Shown piece by piece: positions 23,101-27,960 of a stretch of 37,557 nt of DNA. Every line of letters begins with the position of its first letter. Positions within the stretch are counted from its first letter, which is position 1. The stretch covers positions 1 to 37,557 of the forward strand of contig JAZQOP010000083.1 in assembly GCA_045627965.1 (NCBI GenBank), given 5' to 3'. Source of the stretch: Kiritimatiellia bacterium. GTDB taxonomy: Bacteria > Verrucomicrobiota > Kiritimatiellia > CAIQIC01 > Lenti-01. Both the position numbers and the translations under genes were made by a program. Under the pieces are notes generated by a model. That model was not told the DNA's origin, ran no database searches, and saw only the letters and a program-made list of their open reading frames with translations.

Positions 23101-26100
23101 TGGCGACGGCCGGCATCTACGACCTGAACATCGGCCTCGGCGGCGAGATGCAGTTCAGCGTCTACGACGACGACATCGACGCGCCGGTCCTCGGCGACGA
23201 GGGCGGGCTGGAAGTCAACGGCGAACGGGTCGCCGCCGTCCCCGGCGAGCGCGAGTTCGTCATCGTGGGCTGGAGCTTCACGAACAACAGCGACGGCGTC
23301 GAGAGCGCGCGCCTGCCGTGGCCGGCCGGCCTGACGACGAACGCGTGCATCACCTGGACGCCGACCTACAGCAACGAGATGGTCGTCGTCGGCGGCGGCT
23401 CGCACCCGGGCAACGTGGTCTTCGGCTCCGAGCCGCAGGTCCAGCGCGGCATGCTGGAAATGGTCAACATCGGCAGCTACTTCCCGAGCCATACCGAGGC
23501 GGCCTGGATCAAGTTCGAGACCGACCTCGTCGGCGCGAACAACATGGTCCTGAGCTTCATGGAGGCGGGCGGCAAGAACACCTGGCTGGCCGCGCAGCTG
23601 CAGTGGAGCCTCACCGGCGGCGACGACGACGCCGAATGGCACTCGCCCGCCAGCGGCTGGGCCTGGTCGCCGAACACCGGCGGCGCCGACACCTGGGCGG
23701 AGCGCTCCTTCGACCTGGCCGACGCGGGCCTGCCGGACAACCTCGGCCACCTGTACCTGCGCATCCTCCTCGGCCCGGACTACGGCGGGAACAACGGCAC
23801 CTACCGCCTGGACAACATCCAGCTGACCGGCTACCCGACCGAATACCGCCTGTATGACGCGGACATCCTCGGGAAGACCTTCAGCTTCCTCGGGAACGTG
23901 TTCGACACGAACTCCGGCATCGACCCGAACTCCGCGCAGCTGCGCATCGGCACCTACGGCGACGGCGACTTCAGCCTGTCCACCGCCGGACTGGTCGACG
24001 GCGGCCGCGGGACGAACTCGCTGCTCACCTGGACGACGCTCGCGGCGCTGGACAAGGCGGGCGTGACGGAGTGGTACGAGGCGTCGGCCGAAGGCCTCCC
24101 GATCCACCTCGAGGTCAGCGACGCCGACGACGACCGCCCGTTCGACCAGACGCCCCTGAGCGGCGACTTCGGCACGCTGGTCGTCCTCGACGACGACGAG
24201 GAGCCGCCGGCGATCGACATGTCGAGCTTCCGTCCCGTCCTGGGCGGCGTCATCGCCGAGTGGTCGTTCAAGGATAAGTCGACCTACGAGCCGTCGAAGC
24301 ACGATGCGAACGTCTTCGTCGGCGCGCTGGGCACCGTCACGACCAACGCGACGGTCTCCCGTCCGAAGTTCACGCTCTACGACCCGTCCGTCCCGAACGA
24401 CTACGCGGTCTACCACAGCGGCTTCCACTTCGACAACAAGTACTGGTATGCCGACCTGCAGGCGACGGCCGACAAGACCGTCACGAACCTGACGTTCGAG
24501 ACCAAGGTCTCCTCGACCAACGCGCCGCAGGACTTCGTGCTCTACCTGGTCGTTCCCGAAGAGGGGACCAACTGGGTCGCGATGCCGACCGGCACGAACG
24601 TCCTCTACCAGCAGACCGTCCACCTGGCCGACACGGCCGCCGGCTGGAGCACCAACGCCATCAAGACGTGGTCGACGATCAGCGTCAACTTCGATGACGA
24701 CTTCATCCTGCCCGCCGACCTCCCCGTCCAGCTCCGCCTGCTCGGCACGAACGCCAACCGCGAGCTCGGCGTCGGCGCCACGTGGGCCATCTACGACCTG
24801 ACGCTCAGCGGCGTCGACACCGACACCGCCAACGCCGAGATCGTCGTCGACCACGACCTGGCCGCCGGCGGGTCCCTCAGCGCGATGAGCGGCTACCTCT
24901 GGGACGCCGGCAGCGGCCTCTACTACAACGAGTCCGATCCCGACGACACGAACAACCCGTCCTTCACCCTCCGCACCCCCGACAAGCACGACTTCGCCGG
25001 CGGCGCCCTGACCTTCGCGACCCCGCTGGTCAACGGCGGCGCCAAGGAGAAGGAGGACGGAGCCTTTACCGCCACGCTCCCGACCATGCCCTACACGAAT
25101 CGCCTGCTCGGCACCTACAGCGGCGAAATCTTCGCCTGGGATGCCGACGACGACCGCTATGACGACTCGACGCAACTGCGCGGCGACATCGGCTTCATCC
25201 TCGTCGACCAGGACATCGGCGTGCCGTCCCCCGTCGGCCAGGTTCGCGTCAACGGCGAGCCGGTCAGCCTGTCGACGGCGCCGGACCGCTACACGGTCGC
25301 CTGGACGAACACGCCCGAGTTCCTCGTCACGTTCGACGAACCCGCGATCGACCTGGAGCCGGAACAGAGCGTGCTGGACGAGTATCCCGAGGCCTACCGC
25401 TCGAAGATGACGAATGTCACGCAGATCGGCGAATACCGCGTCGCGCTGGCGAACACGCCGTCCGCCCGCGAGGCCGCCGTTCCGGTCTCCGTCGCCGTCA
25501 CCAACGGCGCCCTGGCCAACTACGGCTTCGAGATGCTCCAGCCCGCCGGCTGGTCCTTCGAGGGCAACGCCTCGATCGTGACGGCCGCCTCCGGCAAGCC
25601 GGTCATCGAAGGGACGAACAGCCTCTACCTGGCCGCCGGCGGCAGCGCCACGGCGCCGACCGTCTACGCCTGGCAGGCGATCGCCTTCGAGCCGACGCTC
25701 GCGGGGCAGATCCGCATCGGCGGCTCCGCCTGGACCTACAAGAACGGCTCCAGCTCCTCGCTCCGCATCCGCATCGAGGGCTACACGGACTCCGCGATGA
25801 CCAACCTGGTCACCAGCAAGAACATCGTCATGAGCAAGTCGGACGACCCGGCCAAGGAGTGGGTCCATAGCGCAATCGCGACGAACGCGCTGACCGGCCT
25901 GGACGTCGGCTGCCTGAAGATCATGGTGGTCTCGACCGGCGCGGCCGGCTATGTCGACGACATCCGCCTGGGCGTCTTCCTGCCCGACACCGTCAAGCCT
26001 ACCATGCGCTACCTGGCGCAGGGCAAGGAGGCGCAGGGCCTGGCGCTGAAGTACGTCTTCGCCGTCGATGCGGACAACGATCGCCCGGACGACCGCCTGG

Positions 26101-27902
26101 GCGGCGAGATGGCCCCGTTCTACACGGCCTACGACATCACGCCGCCGACCGCCGTCGGCATCAACGCCGCCAAGGGCGCCAGCACCGAGAACGTCGACGA
26201 CCCGACGACGCAGTTCGACGTCGACTGGTCCTCGGCCAACAGCGGCACGCCCGCCGGCGAAATCGGCCCGGACGATCCGTCGAGCGCGAACTACCCGACG
26301 GGCGCCTCCGGCAACGACGTCCTGTCGCCGTGGTCGACCTACAAGATCTACTACGGCACGTATGACGCGCTGGATTGCGAGCAGGCCGTCGCCGCCGGGG
26401 TCTATCCCGACAGCGCGAGCTACATCGTCGGCGAGTTCATCAACAGCGGCACGACCAACGACTACAAGAACTGGGAGTTCGTCACCGCCACCAACGAGAT
26501 CGAGGATCCTTCCGCCGCCAGCGCCAGCTACTTGGCGCTGACCAACGCCGCGACCCGCAAGATCCGCCTCTACGACCTCGACTTCGACCAGGACTACGTG
26601 GTCGTCGTCGTCGGCGTCGACAAGGCCGGCAACGAAGGCCCCGCCAGCAGCTACTCCTGGGCGACGAACAACACCATCAAGTTCGCCATCACCCAGGGCG
26701 TCATGCGCGCCAGGGCGTTTGTCGAGGAGGCTTGGGGCGACAACCACAACATGAAGGAAGGCGACCGCGAGTCCGCCGCCCTCTACTGGAACGCCGCCGC
26801 CAACGGCTCCGGCGAGGTCAAGCGCGACTACGACCTGATCTTCTGGGATGCCAGCAGCTTCAACGAGAGCCCCGACAACACCTGGTCGCTCGTCGGCACC
26901 GTCCGCTCGAACTGGTTCACCGACGCCGGCGCCCTGACGAACTCGCCGACCCGCCTGCGCTTCTACCGCGCGGCCTACAAGGACCGCTGGCGCACGATCA
27001 ACCCGACGACCGGCCTGGAGCAGCGCCCGCTCGTCAGCGAGGATGTCTACGCCATGTCCGCCGTCCAGCTGACCGAGGAGGCCAACTACGTCTCGCTGCA
27101 CGGCTACGCCTACACGAACACGCTGGCCGGCATCTTCGGCACCGATCCGACCATCTGGCCGGCCGGCGAGGACGCCACCGAGTCGACCCGCATCGAAAGC
27201 TACGCCCAGGGTGCGCGCGGCGCCGTGGCCTCGAACGAGCTGCCTCGCCCCGCCCGGACCTACTGGCTCGGCAGCGACGGCATCTGGTATGACAGCAACA
27301 ACCAGAACGCGAACGACATGATCGACACGAACCTGTTCCTCTACGGCTGCAACATCGTCCTGCCGACGTTGTCCGCGGAGCAGCGCCAGTTCGCCGTCAC
27401 GAACGGCAGCCGCGTCCTCGGCGGCATCTACTGGCACCCGATCCTGCGCGTCCCGACGAACAACATCATCGAGGAGATCCAGGGCCAGGCCCAGCCGGGC
27501 GAGGAGTTCACGATCGTGATCCAGCCGGGCGGCGGCCGCCGCGGCGCCTCCTGGAACTTCTGCTCGTTCATGCTGCCGGTCCAGTGCCATCCCTCGGCCC
27601 TCGGCCTCGAATCGACGGAGTTCACGCCGTCCAAGAGCACCCGCCTGGACGAGACGTGCTCGATCCTCTACGCCTACGATTCGCTCGGCAAGAAGGTCCG
27701 TTCCGGGAGCGGCATGTTCCTGGGCAGCGACGGGCAGTGGCGCAGCATCTACGGGAGCTTCGCGCCGATCCAGGGCTACCCGTTCCGCGTGAACGACGTC
27801 CTGATCATCGTCGAACGCAACGCGGCGAAGACGGCGGCCTGGGAGTGGATCTACAGGGCCAGCGACTTCTACGAGTTCCCGACCCGGTGGTCCGGCTGGT
27901 AA
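5001..27902 (+). CDS. Giant secreted/surface multi-domain protein, 7,633 aa (FN3, Ig/ASH-like, passenger-associated repeats, Calx-beta, degenerate EEP, lamin-tail)
   Basis: Uninterrupted frame. True start inferred at ATG 5001: SD GAGGTGG at 4990-4996, ATGA overlap with the upstream stop, and a Sec signal peptide (MMTKR...IALGALVMGFGASVAQG). Ser/Thr/Ala/Gly-rich beta-sandwich repeats. Followed by a terminator. Confidence 0.93.
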   Translation: MMTKRSNTGWTAFFGRWIALGALVMGFGASVAQGAIKENFEVLGTGFGTTSWRTYTGTATLTVKTGRYYSTSGAAVGTKAANFSSKGGLVAYNANGIGSVSFYYKNWSTKSTVTLRMVATLGGKSTYKTFSFTTTGWVSTSWTPGLTGTGAASFSVTNSANAYRFFIDEFTLTDGAVAPVEGDVWICPETTGNLGTYEVGSTLGDMWLNCQIGQQSWNMSQVGIGLAGTENTWQSWYTLSWYADGDGSNKKVHANLNGYQFTSVGQYNIIYQANNGGTTTSWSGDGWTNAGAYPPASIGATYFTVTAVGVPTGCSVSGATTTSLTVNWTKNSYNDKVMVVRCASGATAPTPVNGTSYAAGASIGSGTVVYPAGTGTSKTDTGLSGATTYDYYVFSCNNNYYSSGVKVSGTTLTPETPPSWSASTDTATGTAGVAMTYTPSGASGSPTPTVTLQSSSAAASTYSFTGGKLTFTPAASGSYTFTFRATNSAGTADKTLTVTVKPAAPAVAVNNTTGSTIGGTISGLEPGATVMLRMYDSLSAANSDTTGTSGTDVSANVTVSGTSGTWSVSGVDGCTARSFKAWQTVNGQKSAGSAGVTGTTVTPDAPSVIPSATPTSVTLSWAAVAGATHYIVNVCPASASSSAKAVARGTTTDTLTRDTTGITQTSYTAWSGKTVSSEAVYAGTSAGGNTSIQLRTSSNTGVYTTSSGGKALKVTVVWNTSTSSNRGLQVYGRNTAYTSIGDVWGSAPGTLLGTISYTSSSSYDTEVTISGDYEYIALKPTGGALYLTSITIDWETGGASCLARDEEVAGTSWTASSGVVQGTTYDWSVVAVGGTAQCVSDAATGTVTAGAEDQAPTFAEASVSLTGTTGTAVTHTQTATGYPAAMTYSITSGSGATVSAAGEFSFTPSAAGTYAFTVQAANGVLPNATYAINVTVKPATPVVAVTTEGAGSLSGTVTGTESGATVNLRRYDTQEAADADTTGTGGSAVTVSGGAFDDTGLAGCTTYYYKAWQTAGGQTSAGSAVASGTAGLAGPAVSVSAQTESSFTMQWGAVAGASSYLVQVATDDEFSSGSATVLEEDFSGFGTAGGSDGTTDISASLDGKTSTRGWWGSKIYTGGGRAKLGSSSAIGYICTPPMSLPNGGTATFSLQKYGTDTGSVKVDVTTDDVDNSPTWTTLTTIAPQSTETEYTVTLPAGATVTLSFETTTKRAYVCSLTVEGGSGSGSLIYSAAGTSPTTVSDLEPGTYYYRVQSVGGSCETWSTIGNVTLEATSPALVVKDGATTLSTGATVALGNADREGAAVTKTITLDNTAGTAALTVSGIAATGDGFSVANVPVTVAAGATATFTVQFAAGTMNEGDRSGTVTISSNDGTTPEFVLNVTAHVVPGAPTAGTPAVSGLSASGATVTLGTIHMHGGAASAATFEYGTTDSYGTTVTLGHGALTASTTSGTLSQALTGLSAYTTYYYRFTVENAGGSCVKTGSFQTQGIAPVWTSSTLSARTLKYSSSLGIGLTTYLSELGTPAATFTMALVGGDAPAGTYSVTTDGTFTIRPAPADAGKTFTFAFTASNAAGSATATLQVTVTKGTIGVVGSGAFEATAGTTVTREFTINNSGATTLIVSNIVVAGTGFSLADAWSKTTIQAGGSATFTVAFAPATEGSYTGTVTLKSDDPASWDYVLNLTGTGTSASCVEGSTNEFNHLPASYATVVNDGGTWEEGGYALGMWAHNGSVNQVSAFRKFTTTGLNSGTARPLAVGDEFTIWTKADGAPYSDGYAGISFNDSLSFSAHSGVYDVRRGAIQLCGDGHYKVFDADHPDGEDTGKTAGQWRKIRFKVTSSSTFTAAITDDGGANEYVYSDRPMMNGPTASSRIQSYAVYLKNDGGHNNYWQDGKVTDTGYVTFGSDDNSIPRTISGVISDGVPANCANGSRTNRVYKKGTGIIALTGVNTFSGGVEIQGGILRVGADSALGAVPASVWPAVVILTNAALEATSTFEMSALRGVQVAGPGAGLTVDASQTLTIAGPLSGSATWNKFGDGTLRLTGVNTFTGGGYVSNGTVTAASALALGGSTSGQITVNGGATLRIEENTSAQKLVAQAGSTFAVVAGKALTVAAASDISSSTVQFDLSGDATFDGAAAAEWAIIKGATTTTNGATLSLQNLPAGANASCFSFAKSGTTLKVTYAPPAASGNDVYWRAEADDGHFVLSSGHGSVQPWWYKMANGAGYANANMTDNGPNNLFFNNGNQVAMTNDVASTVATIAFVSGNSSRTIYGTAPLTVLDAITNKAGANHFAVPLATDADGLLVTNTSSASIYFDGGFTGGDITKKGAGTLYIASEMGVGVDFDVQAGALQFNSGAAVPGNVQVASGASVKANATAMTYAGTISGAGSLLKQGTGTFVVTGENTFGGGTTVSGGTLQVGNGGTSGTLPGDVALSAGTATLAFDRSDACTFAGAVSGTGKLVQSGTGTLTLSGTSTLTGATTVSNGTLVVSGSIASSATTVASGATLSGTGTVGALAVNGTVAPGASAAAGTAGTLNVSGAVALNAGGALAVDLATTTSADKIAATGAIAANASGIFTVAVRGACTGFDKTQAYSWTIVDGNGTLTGFDASRMTVDASAFGPMVADADGAFALTAENGDIVLSWNPRPAAPTLSVGAPAADSIPVTVGNAPTGGSLVVVVKPAADAWTIAANEYPTGSLPSVGDSFVGGTVKYVGGNATAQSLAGLLSCSAYDIRVYSYLDGTWSAATASDESVETTAPAAPTSLAHGTLTATSADLSWAAVPGAASYVLDVAVGEFGTGGSGTPGESVTILTNAATSYSSVPTGWTYNHLSGSSYLIIGYSDGYVQTPEFSAATYTGLTLKFFMRTYGGPSEAGKTLTIQASLDHGSTWSDVGSASASSTTLTEKTVDLSSLDRQASVILRLVDKGAASNKGVGVKSISLTGENTPVPTTYLVANGITYSNYDVGNVTSYALTGLDETNTYTWRLRTQGAGDCQSENSVEDTFTTPQDASMGTVVVADFATAGQVAAQLATAGSTKVVVQRMQVTVTDAAVELTGAAFDLGGTAVAGDLAGYKLWVGTSEDIASATQVGAASATGVWTGLSKSLALGTHYVFLTADIQAAAVGGHTIEPAAFAASSLSFTKARKSGSATAAGATTIGKAPVVSVVDGVVRYNWAAGTGHTIDLTSGSAYPVDDLEWSMVHGTIGGSPYITPDGTNAVFHWAPTVNEVGQTVGFSFTAENSVGVSAPCIVQVTVGMGSLSAFSATPVEGNAGAMDLAWTPFGADTSVRIRYTEYAGEELTYASGGAIAYEGPASALTYRMTSGITACKTYYFKAWEVTGSTYSPEALEDTATAPAPAAPENLSVANLDYNTFQAKWNAVSGAASYLLNLYEGQAGGTLAIQDFETPAGTPTLAYENTGATIGAQSYSYPSGGTTGVGGSAGAYVVNGTAEIDFGPFDLTGIEGARFEVEVASLSSSSGNGADTGDTVTIYVEPGDGTLYPQVCIAGAGNSQWKYGSGADVAVAYAPNDSVGKTTHGSLGKLVVSNLPAVAGVTIQVEMVNNASAEIWAIDNAAIVADETRVPVSGQQNISTTNLNYTFTALTEQTSYSYTVQAVGATAECTSPASALQVTTPERCASPANVQATDGTFWDKIQVTWASRSDRGATGYKIYRATTEDPEDAVLIGTVSGGSTTSYDDVHDASTNPLALGRTYYYWVTSLAGDSESQFLNKDGGYRAGLLMRTGFEGDASVETWNLAPETAFDDDALDAPRTMLSTVTNGIEGTYALRLAPNEPATLDTVGIPSTAQNLAVAFTAAYGDLKGQTGGPKNNDNLTMSVSYDGGATWQTPQVVIAGTGTAAGRGTFAEHSFELPLDAAAAAAAGQLSVRFMYAADGTGGGCYWIDDLRLLGDASLPTVSFVGAAYDDVVEGDSAVQVTVPVKISSAAAATVGIALKGTATEGTDYTLSATTVEFAAGGATSQDVTVTIAADDLPEGTESIRLMLTGATGALVGPNSLHTIFVRDPDAFEVGTARLGGNAEADRIFATIRPDVLALENATNVTLPSGYTLSSKAGTGEHSLVVASRYPIKGQGTMSLTGGTAHWVHLDLPDALSAEDLVLFHVKMTNTVAGRASQATALASAIATVVTENGFEDEMQAIVGPLAIERGDAEAALATLVGAGFYDTSVPRDSAALEGSSLDGTSTIGYILANQALERRTAPFVYADRTFSGGQIYDTRDWNGHDLPALVQDITAWSDSKSSRPVLKLFTLGKVVQAPALEVVTHQSGGVDSATEIDWTVTPNVDGDAWVLVVNQTGVFLSPAAGSAIPAAGETFAGGTVVASGAAGGTAAVSDTLDELTACSTYYFAAFSKDADGLFSRASEASAITAEPMAPEGLVASDVEAASFTATWTEPAGNGAAFYELRVSTENPGTLDLQDKLPLASGYGIEPLTSGSASTRASGWTTGGSTAFEATGFKMGSGKAIGSITTPEMDLLANNGTATLTFDAKAYNTDSGSALEIAVITGAGTTTAYTTPTLGTDDYATYQVELAGCTAETRIRFETLASGKRAYLANVRVQQGSAAVEYVPGYDHLDTGSIAGGGEHSVAVTGLVESTKYYWQVRARGASCDSEWVTYCYTNATPEVVDYVETLGAPIISVNPIAYAFGMVAKDSAVTGTVWVANIGHDDLSVSSITFAGTGSGNFSATPTSIATIARPSGETVYSNAIQVVFAPTVGGTFNVNMVIASSDPATPTVNVALTGSCNDPETALPTILGYGVIDELGTTNRVTDHSMALESDAPTVRIYAYHVKGVESASARWRLLGLDGNVLAVADNETFTSCEPATYSGRAAQCFTATIPALGAGQAALGQYKLEATFTSSNGYTTSWYGYFDPNGQTWIMDDFNRGDAQGAQMGGGWNQCYSGAVANEAAVANERLEFFGPNTGNGGGNGYIGVYQDVSHLPYNAQLSGNDSTLTWGFDFLPGHSLADFASGHYAAAFVLGSTAGNYATATEGQRGFAVIATNGTIRLASFSGSLTANANIKALGDGFAYDRTSPVAIRVDYVPSRSENVLNDDNETYSTATTDAYLDLYIRTLADAAAMADDNPTEGFTTADRVTRVDLTAIAATNAALVPDNLELKYAGAFWSHAKVTTPDAGTCALFDNFYFPRASGQPVVMSFDVVDEDTEPPVHSDFNVRGAIPYDDMAGGLSVTGLVTDLSGVYAASNTWRLLSNGIEIANGVLAASPAEDGAAQVVGLSCTIPQSTFVKGNCDGFVFEVASTDYDRDHADDCLSSTASYPFSVTEQNLHTPTYFAVEPDGEEMVVARWNNSGEWVVIVRSDDPIDETVCPEQGVAVTNGQWLAGIGQVAYIGNNHAQQYGDGVAELIVAPGSTNYFRIFGTANSYFTASLAPSTNDPCATPAYEPNEGVDSFLYATSIPDYGDTNQAAYATAFDDSKYYVPGGTTRPATGSGWGEDNSWTGDISKWHIHDGNLPVGPTTCYPDPVGNKLYWQDTSSYTDEGATLVRTFERPMSGDVFVAFLMNYQYGGPHKYASIALLDANGDEIVSFGKQAGWDQYASDDWQNAAAIYVPARYDGYEHYMANRAGESHSTFVLTPGEFQDYALVGQVSAADHMFRLWAYSCREDAGHAIDQIYTNALQNTVHLVASWSNANIGTASVAAIRVQAGSGAGAGGDSKCELGHVYFDEIRFGSTWDETLLFNKPEVFVYEIGEQYGTDPEGRPLYWISDGELAHDDIPFDISFNLYHRTGVNSAEFTILDPTNGAVLLWTNRLADTTTVGLVSTKIGQYSTWSQHVQGVAMKTNDIIIGTNNVYTLQVHMVAQGGKEDTVTSAAEGGKGANDLFFGEFGEGNSYDKYVELYNGTGQAIDLSQYMICCVMNPKGDDKEDYYSAMRNCTVRYSYMLDADGNSIILPHHETVVVLNGGPNGKANAAMAQALEAQGRNYVYATNDVLNVSGDDPVLLFHLPDTNNWIDACGIAEGITDQRYIMTRYAESEVPRPAPLVVDTDEWFFRQWDKTSTPPTESESYTNFMATAGIYDLNIGLGGEMQFSVYDDDIDAPVLGDEGGLEVNGERVAAVPGEREFVIVGWSFTNNSDGVESARLPWPAGLTTNACITWTPTYSNEMVVVGGGSHPGNVVFGSEPQVQRGMLEMVNIGSYFPSHTEAAWIKFETDLVGANNMVLSFMEAGGKNTWLAAQLQWSLTGGDDDAEWHSPASGWAWSPNTGGADTWAERSFDLADAGLPDNLGHLYLRILLGPDYGGNNGTYRLDNIQLTGYPTEYRLYDADILGKTFSFLGNVFDTNSGIDPNSAQLRIGTYGDGDFSLSTAGLVDGGRGTNSLLTWTTLAALDKAGVTEWYEASAEGLPIHLEVSDADDDRPFDQTPLSGDFGTLVVLDDDEEPPAIDMSSFRPVLGGVIAEWSFKDKSTYEPSKHDANVFVGALGTVTTNATVSRPKFTLYDPSVPNDYAVYHSGFHFDNKYWYADLQATADKTVTNLTFETKVSSTNAPQDFVLYLVVPEEGTNWVAMPTGTNVLYQQTVHLADTAAGWSTNAIKTWSTISVNFDDDFILPADLPVQLRLLGTNANRELGVGATWAIYDLTLSGVDTDTANAEIVVDHDLAAGGSLSAMSGYLWDAGSGLYYNESDPDDTNNPSFTLRTPDKHDFAGGALTFATPLVNGGAKEKEDGAFTATLPTMPYTNRLLGTYSGEIFAWDADDDRYDDSTQLRGDIGFILVDQDIGVPSPVGQVRVNGEPVSLSTAPDRYTVAWTNTPEFLVTFDEPAIDLEPEQSVLDEYPEAYRSKMTNVTQIGEYRVALANTPSAREAAVPVSVAVTNGALANYGFEMLQPAGWSFEGNASIVTAASGKPVIEGTNSLYLAAGGSATAPTVYAWQAIAFEPTLAGQIRIGGSAWTYKNGSSSSLRIRIEGYTDSAMTNLVTSKNIVMSKSDDPAKEWVHSAIATNALTGLDVGCLKIMVVSTGAAGYVDDIRLGVFLPDTVKPTMRYLAQGKEAQGLALKYVFAVDADNDRPDDRLGGEMAPFYTAYDITPPTAVGINAAKGASTENVDDPTTQFDVDWSSANSGTPAGEIGPDDPSSANYPTGASGNDVLSPWSTYKIYYGTYDALDCEQAVAAGVYPDSASYIVGEFINSGTTNDYKNWEFVTATNEIEDPSAASASYLALTNAATRKIRLYDLDFDQDYVVVVVGVDKAGNEGPASSYSWATNNTIKFAITQGVMRARAFVEEAWGDNHNMKEGDRESAALYWNAAANGSGEVKRDYDLIFWDASSFNESPDNTWSLVGTVRSNWFTDAGALTNSPTRLRFYRAAYKDRWRTINPTTGLEQRPLVSEDVYAMSAVQLTEEANYVSLHGYAYTNTLAGIFGTDPTIWPAGEDATESTRIESYAQGARGAVASNELPRPARTYWLGSDGIWYDSNNQNANDMIDTNLFLYGCNIVLPTLSAEQRQFAVTNGSRVLGGIYWHPILRVPTNNIIEEIQGQAQPGEEFTIVIQPGGGRRGASWNFCSFMLPVQCHPSALGLESTEFTPSKSTRLDETCSILYAYDSLGKKVRSGSGMFLGSDGQWRSIYGSFAPIQGYPFRVNDVLIIVERNAAKTAAWEWIYRASDFYEFPTRWSGW
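6250..8090 (+). repeat. Internal duplication in the giant protein (Ig-like plus FN3-like unit, period about 1.3 kb)
   Basis: VTVKPAAPAVAV..EPGATVMLRMYD..DTTGT..GCTARSFKAWQTVNGQKSAGSA vs VTVKPATPVVAV..ESGATVNLRRYD..DTTGT..GCTTYYYKAWQTAGGQTSAGSA. Confidence 0.8.
8820..9150 (+). other. ASH / choice-of-anchor-D-like Ig domain (further copies at about 9755-10055 and 18924-19255)
   Basis: Pattern T-I-x-N-x-G...L-x-V-S-x-I...F-x-V-x-F...G-T-V-T-I-x-S-(N/D)-D-(P/G) occurs three times. Confidence 0.65.
10790..12930 (+). other. Autotransporter passenger-associated (PATR-type) beta-strand repeats
   Basis: KKGTGIIALTGVNTFSGGVEIQGGIL, KFGDGTLRLTGVNTFTGGGYVSNGTV, KKGAGTLYI, KQGTGTFVVTGENTFGGGTTVSGGTLQV, QSGTGTLTLSGTSTLTGATTVSNGTLVV. 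Confidence 0.85.
16725..17055 (+). other. Calx-beta domain
   Basis: PTVSF...VVEGD...GTATEGTDY...VEFAAG...VTVTIAADDLPEGTESIRLML. Confidence 0.85.
17061..17778 (+). other. Degenerate endonuclease/exonuclease/phosphatase (EEP) domain
   Basis: Scaffold motifs in EEP order (IRPDVLALE, VASRYPI, AIVG, YILAN, RPV), but catalytic residues are substituted. Confidence 0.65.
22530..23050 (+). other. Lamin-tail (LTD)-like domain
   Basis: DLFFGEFGEGNSYDKYVELYNGTGQAIDLSQY...VSGDDPVLL...WIDACG matches the bacterial LTD signature. Confidence 0.8.
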
Positions 27903-27914
27903 GCTTGGCCGAAC

Positions 27915-27946
27915 GGCGGCCCCGGAACCCCGGGGCCGCCTTTTTT
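27915..27946 (+). terminator. Rho-independent terminator after the giant gene
   Basis: Perfect 11-bp stem GGCGGCCCCGG-aacc-CCGGGGCCGCC followed by TTTTTT. Confidence 0.92.
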
Positions 27947-27960
27947 GCAAGGAGCGGACG

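Noticed and set aside
5001-27902. Classical type Va autotransporter, or CDI/RHS/RTX toxin
   Set aside because: Passenger-type repeats are present, but I see no C-terminal barrel, TPS domain, RHS core, RTX nonapeptides or downstream immunity gene.
5001-27902. Diversity-generating retroelement or invertase-driven shufflon acting on the giant gene
   Set aside because: There is no reverse transcriptase or recombinase in the window, and I found no near-identical template/variable repeat pair differing at adenines.
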